Under the pieces are notes generated by a model. That model did no database searches, had not been told where the DNA came from, and was given only the letters and a program-made list of their open reading frames with translations. From assembly GCF_052425735.1 (NCBI RefSeq), contig NC_135769.1:14880001-14944000 (forward strand): a stretch of 64,000 nt of DNA. The letters are read 5' to 3'. A program made the translations under genes and the position numbers. Of the stretch, positions 38,321 through 50,124 are shown piece by piece. This DNA comes from Oculina patagonica. Its lineage: Eukaryota. The first letter of the stretch is position 1, and every line of letters begins with the position of its first letter.

Positions 38321-38529
38321 GGGACGGGCCATTATTTTTGGAGGGGGTGAGAGGGGGGGGGGGGTGTGAAAAATATTGAAAAAAATTGTTTGCAAACACA
38401 ATATGTAAAACAAACAATAGTTTGAATTTTAAAAAAATGTTTGCAGAGGTGCATAATCTAAAAAAAGTTTCTAGAGGAAAATATTTCATAACCCCCCCCC
38501 CCCCTCCAAGAAAATAATGGTCTTACCCT
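38321..38529. mobile_element. Harbinger-like MITE
   Basis: TAA|GGGACGGGCCATTATTTT ... AAAATAATGGTCTTACCC|TAA. Confidence 0.55.
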
Positions 38530-38848
38530 AAGACCGAAAACGTGCGTGCAAGCTGCTGTTCTGTTTATCAGTGAACATTTTAGTTTGGCGACTCTGCTTT
38601 GCTGTTAAATCAAAGGCTTCTCTCTAATAGCGCGAGTTTATCGCAGTTATCATCAAAACGGCTAGTCAGAATATAATGCATTGTTTACGGCCAGCAATTT
38701 TTTCCTCGTTGAATTTCCTAGAAAAAGCCAGCTAAGTGCTTTAGTAGATCTAAGTAGCTGTCTGTAGTTGTCGAAACTTTTCTTGAATGATTAAGATGCT
38801 AGAAAAAAATAAACTTTTGTTCAGACAAGGCAAGGGCAGGGCAAGGTT

Positions 38849-41101
38849 TTCAGGTATGTTTTATCGATCATTGATGTTTTCAGTCGTTACCACTGGTTTA
38901 TTCCTTTAGAAAGAAAGTCGAGCTCCCAGATAGCACGTGAACTTGTTCGTGTTTACCAACAACATGGAGCACCGCAGGTCATTCAACATGATCAAGGTAC
39001 TGAATTTGCTGGAGCCGTAGCCGCGTTATGTAAAAAGCTGTGCATAAAAGTCATAAGAGGTCGCCCCTATCATCCCTAATCACAGGGGAAAGTTGAGAGA
39101 TCACACAAATCCTTCAAAAAGAAAATATTGTACGATTTTCTTGTCATGAAAAAAGCTGGAGTAAACTGGGCGAAGTCATTACCGGAATATGAAAGAGCTC
39201 TAAATCTGGATCCCAAAGAGGAGCTAGCGTGGAAGTCTCCGTTCGAGATTTACTATGAGCGCAAACCCAATATATTAGAAACAAAAGGAAACCAGCCTGT
39301 GCCAGAATGGGATATTCCCTCTAACAGATATCAGGGAATGATTCACCCACGCTCAAAGGATTACACAGATCATGCCAGAAAAACTCGTAAGTTAAGGAAT
39401 TTGGCCCATTCAGCGTGTGCAGACCGCATGGTGAAACGTGACGTGAGAAATAACCCTCCTTCCGTATACGATATTGGAGAGACTGTTCTAATTCGTTACC
39501 CTCCTGCAAAGAAAGTTGTAAGTAAACGGCATATTTTAGAGGCGGATATTATCAAGAGAAACTTACGCCTTCAGAAGTATCAGGTGGCATTTATATCACC
39601 TACCTCGGAGAAATTAACCTATAAATGGATCCCTGTAAATGATATAACCAGTGTTACCATGGAAAGAGAAAAAAAAGACAAGAAAAACTACATTGAAGGA
39701 GGCCGAAAGAAAGAAGAAAAGAAAGGCCCATAAGCAGAAATATCTGCAAGGATATGAAGACGACAGGTCTTTATTTGAAGATCGTTCTGGTTCAGCCCAT
39801 TACGTAATTTCTTACGATCCTCCCAAGGACGGAAATTGCCAATTTTCGGCGATAAGCAATTTACTTCAGGGAATAGGAATTTTCAGGTCGAACCAAACAT
39901 TGCGGAGAAAAATTATATTGAGGCAAACCCTTCAACAAGTGATGGGACCCCGCTTCAAAATTTCACCGATCTTCTGTGGCCTCAATATCTAGCCGAAATG
40001 TCGCGAAATGGTACATTCGGCGATCATATAACTCTTCAAGCTGCGTCCAATTTATTTAATATTGCGTTTGTCGTAATTTCATCCCTTGGACCCGGTGCTA
40101 CGGCGACTCTTTCGCCAATGGATTCAAACCCACTCTGTACTTTTATGCTGGGACATTATGCAGAGAATGCTGGAGAACATTACGTATGCTTGGAAAACGA
40201 GCCTGCCTGGACTGGCGACACAACCACAGCTTGTGAACAATCTTGTTCTTGCACCTGTTTTGCCTGGCGATAACGACACACCTATGGATAGCGACACACC
40301 ACTACTAGAGGAAATGGAAGGAAATCAGGAAATGGACGGAAATTAGGAAATGGATGGGCCCTACTTAAACCCCTGACTGCTTCGAAGAAATAATTCAGCA
40401 AACATTAGATTTGTATCCATATATGCGTCAAGCACTGCGAGTGGTTTCAAGATCATTTAAAACATAGGGCAGAATGCGTGGACATCATTAATTATTCATA
40501 ATCCACGAAGCGGCAAATTTGAATGCGAGAGCGCACACAATAAGAGAAGAAAGGACTCAAATTGGTCAAGTAGCGTTATAAAACTTGCTTCGGCGCTTGA
40601 AGTCAAAATCTTAAAACCTACGCACGGCTTTTTGAAGAAGAATGATGTACCTACAATTTAAGCCTAAAATGAAGAGCATTAAGCAAGTGGAAGGACTATT
40701 GTTTTGAACTTAAAAATACAGCAAAAACATGGTATTTTAGTATGGAGACCATTTTTGAAAGTGATTTTAAGAACATTTTACACTGTTTCGAGGAAACCTA
40801 CGCACGGCAAATGTAAGATACCACTTTCCTTTAACAAAATCCGTTTTAATTTTGAAAGTTTTAATCCGTTTTAATCTTGCCAATGATTTATCTTCCAGAA
40901 CTTAATGATATGCTAGATATACAGCACGTGAGTGTGCGAAGAATTATGAAACTAAAAGGGAAAAACAGCGGTGTCGTTCTTCGTTTAAGAGAGATCATAA
41001 ACTGTGTTAAATGGGCTTTCGCCTGGTTAAGTTTCATTGCAGCAGGATATGGATGGTTTTTCATATCCAAGATCTATTGGAAAGGTTTAAATTCAAAGTA
41101 A
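38849..41101 (+). pseudogene. Decayed Ginger/TDD-type DDE integrase fused to an OTU protease domain and an F-box-like C-terminal region
   Basis: YVLSIIDVFSRY..GAPQVIQHDQGTEF..GRPYHP*SQGKVER (TAA at 39077). OTU: DGNCQFSAI..TFGDHITLQAASNLFN..GEHYVCL. Then NPDCFEEIIQQTL..LRVVSRSFK and LPMIYLPEL. Several frameshifts. Confidence 0.8.
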
Positions 41102-41582
41102 TGCTAAGATCGTTTTTTTAAGATAATAATGTTACAGTTTAGTTTCAAACCTGTTGTTGTTAATGTTTCTGTTGCTTTTTTGTTAACTTTGTCTTAGTTG
41201 TCGTTGTTGTTGCTGCTGTTATCGTTGTTTCCGTTGAACGAGCAAAGTAAAAATAAATCTTGTTTGATTTTTAAATACCGTTATGTAAAAAGCATTTGTT
41301 TTCACTATAGGTAAACGAAAATCGTTTACGGCTCGTAAAGAAGAAAGATTACAAGCGTGAATTGAAGGTGGAAATTTCAGCCCAAACAATACAACTGAAT
41401 AAGGATAAAAGCACCTGATAATGCATGACAGAGAGCTTTAAAATTCCTTAGCGGTATCTGGATTTTACGAAGCCTGGCAACTCCGTTATGTTTAAGAACG
41501 AATCGGAAAGGTAAGCCACAGCTGAATGCGTTTTGTTTGTCATCCACTTCGAGCGAAATTTTTGTATGTGTATTATTAACAA

Positions 41583-41912
41583 GTAATCACATGATTTTTC
41601 TCGTACAATTTGGGATAAATCAGCACTCATAAATTTTTCAAAGACTACAAATTGCACTCGCCCTACGGGCTTGTGCAATTTTGTTAGCCTTTGAAAAATT
41701 TACTCGTGCTGATTTATCCCAAATACCCGATTCCCTCTATAGCGCGCGCCTGCAGGGAATCACGGTAGTTGTATTCATCAAACCATGCGCGAGACTCAGC
41801 AACGTGCATCGTTGCTGAGTCTCGCGCATGGTTTGATGAATACAACTACCGTGATTCCCTGCAGGCGCGCGCTATAGAGGGAATCGGGTATTGCACTCGA
41901 AATCGTGTGATT
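41583..41912. mobile_element. Inverted-repeat MITE interrupted by a perfect palindromic element
   Basis: AATCACATGATTTTTCTCGTACAATTTGGGATAAATCAGCAC ... GTGCTGATTTATCCCAAA[insertion]TTGCACTCGAAATCGTGTGATT. Confidence 0.7.
41722..41892. repeat. Perfect palindrome, 83-bp arms, 5-nt loop
   Basis: 41722-41804 is the exact reverse complement of 41810-41892; loop TGCAT. Confidence 0.95.
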
Positions 41913-42370
41913 TCCTATATACATATACAACGATTTCCTCGTCAAAACGTCTAGTGTTTCTGGCAATAACGATAATTATATCACAAATTCGAAGAAGTGA
42001 TAAAACAATTTTGATTCGTATCATACCCACGCTCGATGCATGTAATTCTAACAATTTGTAGTTTTGTGTAACATACAATCGCAGACGCAGGAAAACACGA
42101 CGAACTCCGTACGAAACTACGCATCGACTTACTCAATTTCCATTCTTTTTATGACATTCGGTGGCTGAAGATAACTCTGCTACCTTGGATGATAACCATC
42201 TTATGTTCTGCATGACATTTTTGGCCACACGTTTTTAGCCCTTTTTTTCAAGCAAAATGTTTCTGAGCACAGTTTGCAACGCCATCTTGTTTATCGAGGC
42301 CATCTGTGGCCACCAGTTTCCCGGCCGAGACTTGCCCCTGCAAAAATCAAGTGGGGAGGCCAATCTGGTG

Positions 42371-42508
42371 CTGACTCGTCCCCAGTCGTCTCTTACATAA
42401 AAATTGCAAGACGCGAAGGATGATGCGAAGGAGGAAAGGCTTCTCTTCCTTCCCATGATTCCCTCCGTGTTGAGCAGTCGACTCAAAAGACGACTGGGGA
42501 CGAGTCAG
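42371..42508. mobile_element. MITE with 9-bp TSD
   Basis: TIRs CTGACTCGTCCCCAGTCGTCT / AGACGACTGGGGACGAGTCAG; TSD AATCTGGTG. Confidence 0.85.
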
Positions 42509-42558
42509 AATCTGGTGTCCTTAAATCTGCGCGCACATTACGGCTCGATTCATTCCGC

Positions 42559-42658
42559 TATTCTCGTTCCCAGAGACCGCGTCCCCCTGGACCAGCGGTC
42601 GGGAATCGCGTTTCTCGACCGCTGGTCCAGGGGGACGCGGGCTCTTGTTACGAGAATG
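42559..42658. mobile_element. 100-bp hairpin MITE with 9-bp TSD
   Basis: TATTCTCG...CGAGAATG, almost fully self-complementary; TSD TCATTCCGC. Confidence 0.8.
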
Positions 42659-43314
42659 TCATTCCGCATAACAGTACACAGACATACCAACTCAAAAGAC
42701 ACAGGATGCAAAAACAAAAGTAGGCTTGCGCTCTCCTTCGTCGAACGCAATTATTTACTACGACTCGATAATTCTTTCAATTTTATTGAAAAATAACAAA
42801 TTAATTCCAATGGCACCAATTCTGTTTATAACTTTAAAAGTAAAGCAAGTAGAGTGAAATGGATTGAGATAATGAGCTTAATGTTAAGACAAACAACTGA
42901 AGTACACATCCATACAAAATTAATAAAAGAATAATGTCGTTAAAATATTTAAATTATGTTACTCAAAATTTAGAGATTAAGCACCGCGTTTACGGCAAAT
43001 GGGAGGTTGCCGTTTACCGTCGACGGGCATCACATTTTTCACGTCTGCGTCAAATGGACTGAAATATAAACATCGTAACATATTCAACTTGTCGGCGAAG
43101 AGACATGATAGATAGACACCTTTATTTATTAGGTCACTCAGCCAGCAGCAAAGGCTACTCAGTGGACTTCCACATTACGAACAAGTTAACGTTTCACCAA
43201 TTGTTTTACAAAGAACGTGAAATAAAACAGCATTAGCATGAAGCATAAGTTTGATGATGTGTCAAAACGATGAAAAAAATTCATTCAGTTTATATTCAGG
43301 TGTTTGTTGAAGGC

Positions 43315-43791
43315 TAGCCTGTTCCAGGCGTTCAATTAGTGGGGAACTGCACGAAAAGAAAACGGCGAGCGAAAAAAAAAAAAGAACTACAGAGTTTGTT
43401 TCGCAAAGTACAGTAAGCCGTGCGTGTGTTTTACTCTAATCGATGGCGGGTGTCGGTTTGTCTTGCATCGATCACTAATTAACTCGTCAGAGAGATAGAG
43501 CGAAGATCAAAAATGAAGACACGTGATACGCCAAATATTTTTTAAATCGCGTTAGAAAAAGAATACAGGGGAACCAAATTTTAGTTCAGGCGAATTGACT
43601 CCGGGCTAAAGGGCCTTCAGGCGAAACGACCGGATACCAAAAACAGGAAGGGCCCTGGGGTGTGGGGAGGAAGCGAGAGTTCCCTTGCTTCTGCTCCCTA
43701 GTCCCCTCCCTACTTTTCGTTCGCCTTTTACATTTTTCAGTCGCTTTTCTTTGCGCCGTTCCCTGACTAACCGAACGCCTGGAACAGACTA
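43315..43791. mobile_element. MITE with TAG..CTA termini and 9-bp TSD
   Basis: TAGCCTGTTCCAGGCGTTC / GAACGCCTGGAACAGACTA; TSD GTTGAAGGC / GATGAAGGC. Confidence 0.75.
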
Positions 43792-44924
43792 GATGAAGGC
43801 GAAAACACTCGTCTGTTGACAACAGAAAACGTCAAACGTAACAAATGCCGGAGAAATGATGGTCCCGGGCCATTCGTGTCGTTTGCCGCAAACCTGGTGC
43901 TTTATCTCTTAATTGACAAATATTCATTCAATCTTTTCTCAAATGCCTATAAGAGAGGATTGATTTCTCATATCACCTGGGTTCAATAACATGAAATATA
44001 ATTCTTGGAAATAACAATAAAACTTACAACAAAAACTGATAAATAATTCCCTGCAGAAAGCTCTCGCTCTGCTGTGGAGAAATAACTGGGAAAACAATGC
44101 AATGTTTTTACCAGATAGGAACATTTTGTGGGGCTAACATATTTTGACAATCTGAACATTTTATAATGACATTTAGCTAGAATATCAAGCCAAAGTTGGT
44201 ACCTGCTTGAGCTGAGAGATGTGTCTGAGCTGTCTGAAACAATGTGCAAATTCACATTTATGTTGCATGCCAAAGAACTGCATGTCTAAAGAAAAACTTT
44301 GACCAAGAAAAAGAAAGCCATTCAAATGCTATACCAGTGATTCAACACTGTCAATAAGACCTGCCAGCAGGACCCGCAATTATGAGAGCTAATAAAAACG
44401 GAAAATTACAACAAAACGTCCTGAAGGAATTTGATTCCCTTTACATCAACAAATAATAATGTTTAAATTAAATCTTGAAAACTGGAAGTTTCTATTATCA
44501 TACCGCAGGGTTTCGTTTTTCAGGTCTAAATTAGTGAGACACACCTTCACACTACTTAAATGGACCAATATCCCTTTGATCATATAATGAAAGTTAAATT
44601 AACTGCTTGTTGCAGCTACTTAGACAGACTGCCTGCAGTCCTTACGGTCTTGTAGTTTGCTTTTTGTCACAATTATATATACTCTTTAAAAATTTACCTT
44701 TTTATCAACAAATTGTGATAGTAGTATTTACTTTGCATTATTTTTCGCGGCAGAATTGAACGCAAAATGTGTGAAAAAATTAACGTCTACCCTGACGATA
44801 AACTCCCATTAATGAGAATGAAGTTGAACGAGCTCTGCGTCTGTTTTATGGCGTTGCTGTCTTCCACATCCACTGCCTCTCAGCTGCATTCTTTACACCT
44901 GATCATCGTTGACGTTTGGCTTTA

Positions 44925-44939
44925 CTATCTGGCTACTCC
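44925..44939 (-). CDS. SLC38A10: SLC38A10-like, putative terminal coding exon (GVAR*)
   Basis: Strong acceptor TTTTCTCTGCTTTGTAG|GGA; phase 0 gives GVAR-stop. Confidence 0.4.
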   Translation of the reverse strand, partial: GVAR

Positions 44940-45286
44940 CTACAAAGCAGAGAAAACAAAATAAATTATTAACAAGCAAACAAAAACTGCGCACAGAAAA
45001 TGCAAGCCATAAAAAACGCCACAACAAAATAATCTAGGACTTTATATACAAGATTCAACATCGGTTGATTGTGACAATACGAGTTAGCAGTGAGATATGG
45101 GCACAGTGTAGTTTCCCGATGCAGTGCCAGAAAAAGTCACCAAAATCTTAATTTGAAATAGCCACATAGAAATAAAGTAATTTGTGAGAAAGAATGGAAT
45201 TTTTCCATTAGCTGTTCTGGCTAGCTCCCATCTTCATCTTAGTAAAGAGTACAAAGAAAAACCAGACCAAACAAATTATTTGTTAC

Positions 45287-45772
45287 CTGAAGTCTACTTC
45301 TTGAACGCTTTGATCTTTGCTTTGAAAGAAAGCTCTTTACGGATCTTGATGATAGAGAACTAGTTTGTTTCCCTTTTGGTCTTACATTTGATTTAAGGTC
45401 TCTAATTTTAATACTTTCCCCCACTTTGGGACTCTTTTCCAAAAGAGGCTTGCTGTGATTTCCAAGCAACGTTCTTTCATCAAGAGAATATTCTTTGGAT
45501 TGAGGAAGGTCTTTGCTAACTTGATCGTTCACTTCTCTGTCTTGTAAATTTGTTTGATTTCCACCATTCTGTGAAACATTCTCATTTTGTAAGATCCCCA
45601 CAGATTTGTCGGAGTCTTCCAGTTTGTTCTCCAAGTCTTGTGATTGTTGCAGATCCCTTTTAACCAAGCTTTTGTCTTGAATGTCTTGCTGTGGTTTGAC
45701 TTCATTTGAAACAACATCCACTTTTACTGGATCTTTGGAATCTGTTTCCTTGGCAGCAGCATCTCCAGGTAC
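45287..45772 (-). CDS. SLC38A10: SLC38A10-like, C-terminal low-complexity exon
   Basis: AAG|GTACCT acceptor, 486 nt open (KRDLQ, IRDLK motifs), donor CAG|GTAACA. Confidence 0.65.
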
Positions 45773-47003
45773 CTTGATGCATGGAGTAAAAACATGTTAG
45801 CATCTCATTCAATGTACAGTAAGGAAAATCAAACTTAGCAGTTGATAACAAGAAGCCTTTCTTGACAACTATTGTACTAACATATATTATTAAACCCGAA
45901 ACAAATGGGAGAATATTTTAGCTTGCACCCCTTCAACCTTTCCCAGCCCCCCCCCCCCCCTTGGTGAATAGTGGCTACTGAACTAGCTGTAGGTTATCTT
46001 GTATCATTATTTACAAACCAAGCCATGTCAAGAGGCAGATGTAGCAAAAACAGAAATAGATACATAGGAAGACAGGTTTACAAAGCCATGGAACCCCAAG
46101 ACTCTTTGCAGAGGGGGACTACTTAATTAACCTGCATGTATCACTGTCCATTGGCATAGAAATAAAAATTGCATGCTGAATGTTTGAAAGCTTAAAATAC
46201 ATTGTAATGAACTTGTGACAGCTTTTTATGTCATTTTTCAACAGTTTTGACCAACTTCCTAAGGCATGTCCTCCTGTAAAAATTTCCGAGCAGCCCAGGA
46301 ACTACATTTTATTCTTTAGAATACTTATACATTTTTTACACAATTGTTCATGATGTAAATAAAAAGTGCTTGTGGGTTAACGACCAAGAAGTACACAATT
46401 TTTGATTAGAACAAGTTTGAACTAGTGGCCACCATCAAATTTTACCAGTTTGTTCTGGCATTTTTCAAACATCAGTATTACATGCTCACTGCCTGATAGT
46501 TCAGAAGAATATATCTAAGAACTGTATGCTTATGTCTGACCCGCACTGTCTAAATACATGGTTGGTTGGTGGAAGGAAGAACAGTACAATAGAAATTTGG
46601 TCGAAGTCGAATTGTTTGAAATAATGCCTAAATTCAAAGCTTTACAGGACAAGGGAGAATTAACCTTTCTTGATAGTAATGATAAATGAAAAAGATTATG
46701 GTTTTTAATTTCCTGCTGGCCGCCATTTTGGATTTTATGAGGCATAACGGTTTCCCAGTTGTTTCACACAAAAGATCCTCTACTTCAGAACAGTAGTGGC
46801 AACCATCACATGTCATAAAAGGGTGGTGAGTGGGAAATTTAAAAGAGATAATCTTTTCTTTCTTGTTACTATTAAAGTGTTATTTCTCCCTTGTCCAGTA
46901 AAATTTGAAAATAAGACACTATTCCAAACAATCCGACATTGGTATAAGATTGCCTTATTTCAGAAATAAACAATGTTGCGTTTCAATGTTTTGATCATTT
47001 TTA

Positions 47004-47124
47004 TACCAAAGAAATGATTGCATTATTTACCAAAGAAATGATTGCATTATTTACCACAGAAATGATTGCATTATTTACCAAAGAAATGATTGCATTATTT
47101 ACCACAGAAATGATTGCATTATTT
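47004..47124. repeat. 24-bp minisatellite x5
   Basis: TACCA(A/C)AGAAATGATTGCATTATT. Confidence 0.9.
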
Positions 47125-49130
47125 GCAAAGGTTGTCCAAACTAGGGCTGAGAACAAGGACATTTATTTTTGGAAAAGGAAATTAAAAAGAATTTGCTTAT
47201 ACACAGAGATTGATGGCCAAAGCATTTATTATGTAATTATGTTTAAGTAATTAAAAAAGTTATTTATCAATTATACATAGGTCTTTATGAATACTACAAC
47301 ATGCTTCATGTTTTCATATTCAAAGTACCATATTGCCTACTTTTATTACTACTACTATAAAAAGTGGTAATTGAGTACTACTAGAAGAAGTGTTATTTTG
47401 CAAATGAAGCCCAAAGTTTAACACAATTCATAACTGTGCATTCCTACGAAATGGAGTCTTGGGGGCAATTTCTAAGTCAAGGGATATTCCTGTTAGAATA
47501 GCAGCAATCCAGATAGTACGTTATTAAAGTTAGAATCCCCCACAAAGTTTATGTATCCTCTATTCTTGAAAATGACATATTGCACACATTGTATGCCAAA
47601 TGATTTGACAATAAAAAGTGTATGTACTACCGGTAATGATATATTTAGAAAATCAATTCATCAAAAAAAATATGCACAACAATGATCAGTTAGTTACAGT
47701 GTTTATTTTCATGTTTTGTGTTACATTATTGTGAGTTTGTTCATTGTTATTATAAAACTTTAATTAGCCACAGCAATAAGCACCACCAGGTGATAAGCTT
47801 CTGGCACTACTCAGCACTTTTAGTACTAGCCTGTTAAGTTTATAGCCAGTTCTTTAAGTTGCAGTGATAGTAGAAATTAAAGTTTACTCAGCATTCAAAG
47901 GTGACCAACAGTCAAAATGCATTTCCTAGCTGCTGTGTTTATGTATTAATATCCAGTTTTTTAGTTTAACATGAGTGAAATAGGCAAACATCCTGTGCAC
48001 TGTACGAGACTCATTAACACGACACAAAAAAATGCACAATATGGACTGTTGCTGGCCTTTGTCGAGTCATACATTAATTTTTATGTACTGTAATTTATCA
48101 GTAAAGGGTTAGGCTGGAAAATAAATGGAAGTTCAGGGCTATGTGAGATATTCTTTTTTAAAATCTTGTTTTATTGACCAGTGTGGTCTGGTTACCACTT
48201 GTCTTGAGAGAGAGGATTTTTAATGTACCGGTAGATTTAAATATGCTTGCTTTAAAACTTAGTAACTGGTCTTGTTGACATTGCTAACCTTTGCAGATAA
48301 TAATACACTAAGCATTTATTCTCTTAAAAAAGAGGATTTCATCCAAAAGTGTACACGGATTTGTAGCTTAATTACTCTTAAGCTTAACTAGTCCACAAAT
48401 GAGTTATTTTGATTTTTGTTTTACATTTCTTAAAGAACCTTGTTAGTCCACAAAGTTTCATTTACTGATGATCAACTTGTTACAGTGCATGAATAACAAA
48501 TTCAATTTTAAAAACACTGGAATCTGACATGTGTCGTAATTGCTAAAGACCCATAATTATAACCCACAGACTATTACAATATATAATACTAATACTGTAT
48601 TTTATCTGTAGATAACAAAGATCTAACTAAAACAATATAAACTATGTAAGACAGTAGCTTTGGCCACCAATCTGGGTGTTTTATTTTTCAGAGAGTTGGT
48701 TTCAATTTTTTTTTATTAGCAAGGGAGTGTAATAATTATTATAATATTATTGTAGTGTTATATTTTTATAAAGCTGATTTCCTCCAGAATTTGTAGTCTG
48801 AACAATGAAAAAACACTGAAGGAATCTATAAATACAACATTTCACTTTCACCTAGCACTTCAATTTCACATAGTGAAAAGATCTCATCAAGGGGAACAAA
48901 CGTTATTTTTGGCAAATCCTCATTGAATTACCTGACAAGAAGTTTTTATTGTCCAATCAGAAAATAGCACAAGCAATGTAATCTAGCTTGTCATTCACGT
49001 TTGCTTGTTATCATAAGGATAACATTGCTCAACAACCACTCTTGAAATGTAAACTCGTTCAATTTTTTGCAAACAGGATTTTGACCAAAAGGATGCTTCA
49101 TTTATCCCCCTGACTGATATATTAAGAAAC

Positions 49131-49559
49131 CTTATCTGTGTGCTCCAGTTTCTTCAGTTCATCATCAATTTCTTGTTCTGAGACCTTGATCGTGTTAGCA
49201 GCATTCCCAATGTCTGCATTCAATTTCTCATCTTTAACCACAGGATTTTCAGAACTTGTTTTTTCATCTTCTGCTTTACTCATCAGTTGTCGTTTTTCAT
49301 TCTTCAAATGTTCCTCTTCTCCTTGTCTCTGATCAGGTGAATTCTGAGGAGGATTGTCTTGAGGGGCATGAGGCACTGGAGGCTCTTGACGCTTCACCTC
49401 GCCAAGCTCGACCGGTTTAACAGGTTCCTCCGCCTTCTTCAAGCCCTCATTTTGAGCAGCATCAATGGGTTTAACATCCACAAGCTTTTCGTTATCAGGT
49501 TTTGCATCATCAACAACTTTTTCATCCTTGTTCACAATTTTGTCCGCTCCTAGTCCAAT
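49131..49559 (-). CDS. SLC38A10: SLC38A10-like, charged tail exon
   Basis: TTTTAG|ATT acceptor, 429 nt, contains RQEPPVPHAP; donor AAG|GTTTCT, or read-through to the stop at 49122. Confidence 0.75.
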
Positions 49560-50124
49560 CTAAAACAAAAAATAATTTGGAGAGCAACATTACAGGTGTC
49601 AACTAGCACCTACTCTGTAATTAAGTCCATTGCAAATGATGGAGAAAAATCGCAAGAAATTGACTTACAGAAATAGAGGAAAAGTCAACTAAAGAATATT
49701 AGCGATTTTTTTAAAAATTCTATATTATACTTCTCAGTAATGCACTGAAACCAAAATATAGCAAGAGTTTCTGTTTTGTCATAAGGTTCTCTACACAAAC
49801 CTAGCTTATCACCCAGATTTAAAATTTAACTTTTCAGACTGACATAATGTTACTAAAATTGATGCCACAGAGTTGTTCAGTTACTGTATACATGTATATA
49901 GTTATGGTACCGACCTAATATCCACTTCACCAAATTTATATTTTACTGTTTTGCTTACAAACTACTGCTAGAGCTACACAAGATACTAGTATGTACAATG
50001 AATTATGTCAGAAGCAACAACTCTATAGGAGGTTTTAATCACATAATAGAAAGACTATTATTTCAATTAGCTGGCCAAATCTGCCCACACATGAGAATAG
50101 TCTCAGAAATTAAAAGAACTGTAT

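Noticed and set aside
42050-42073. TTTTGTGTAACA as right end of the Ginger-like element
   Set aside because: Only a weak match to the left end; no repeat array or TSD.
47014-47250. MIALFTKE repeat ORF
   Set aside because: Translation of a 24-bp minisatellite antisense in an intron.
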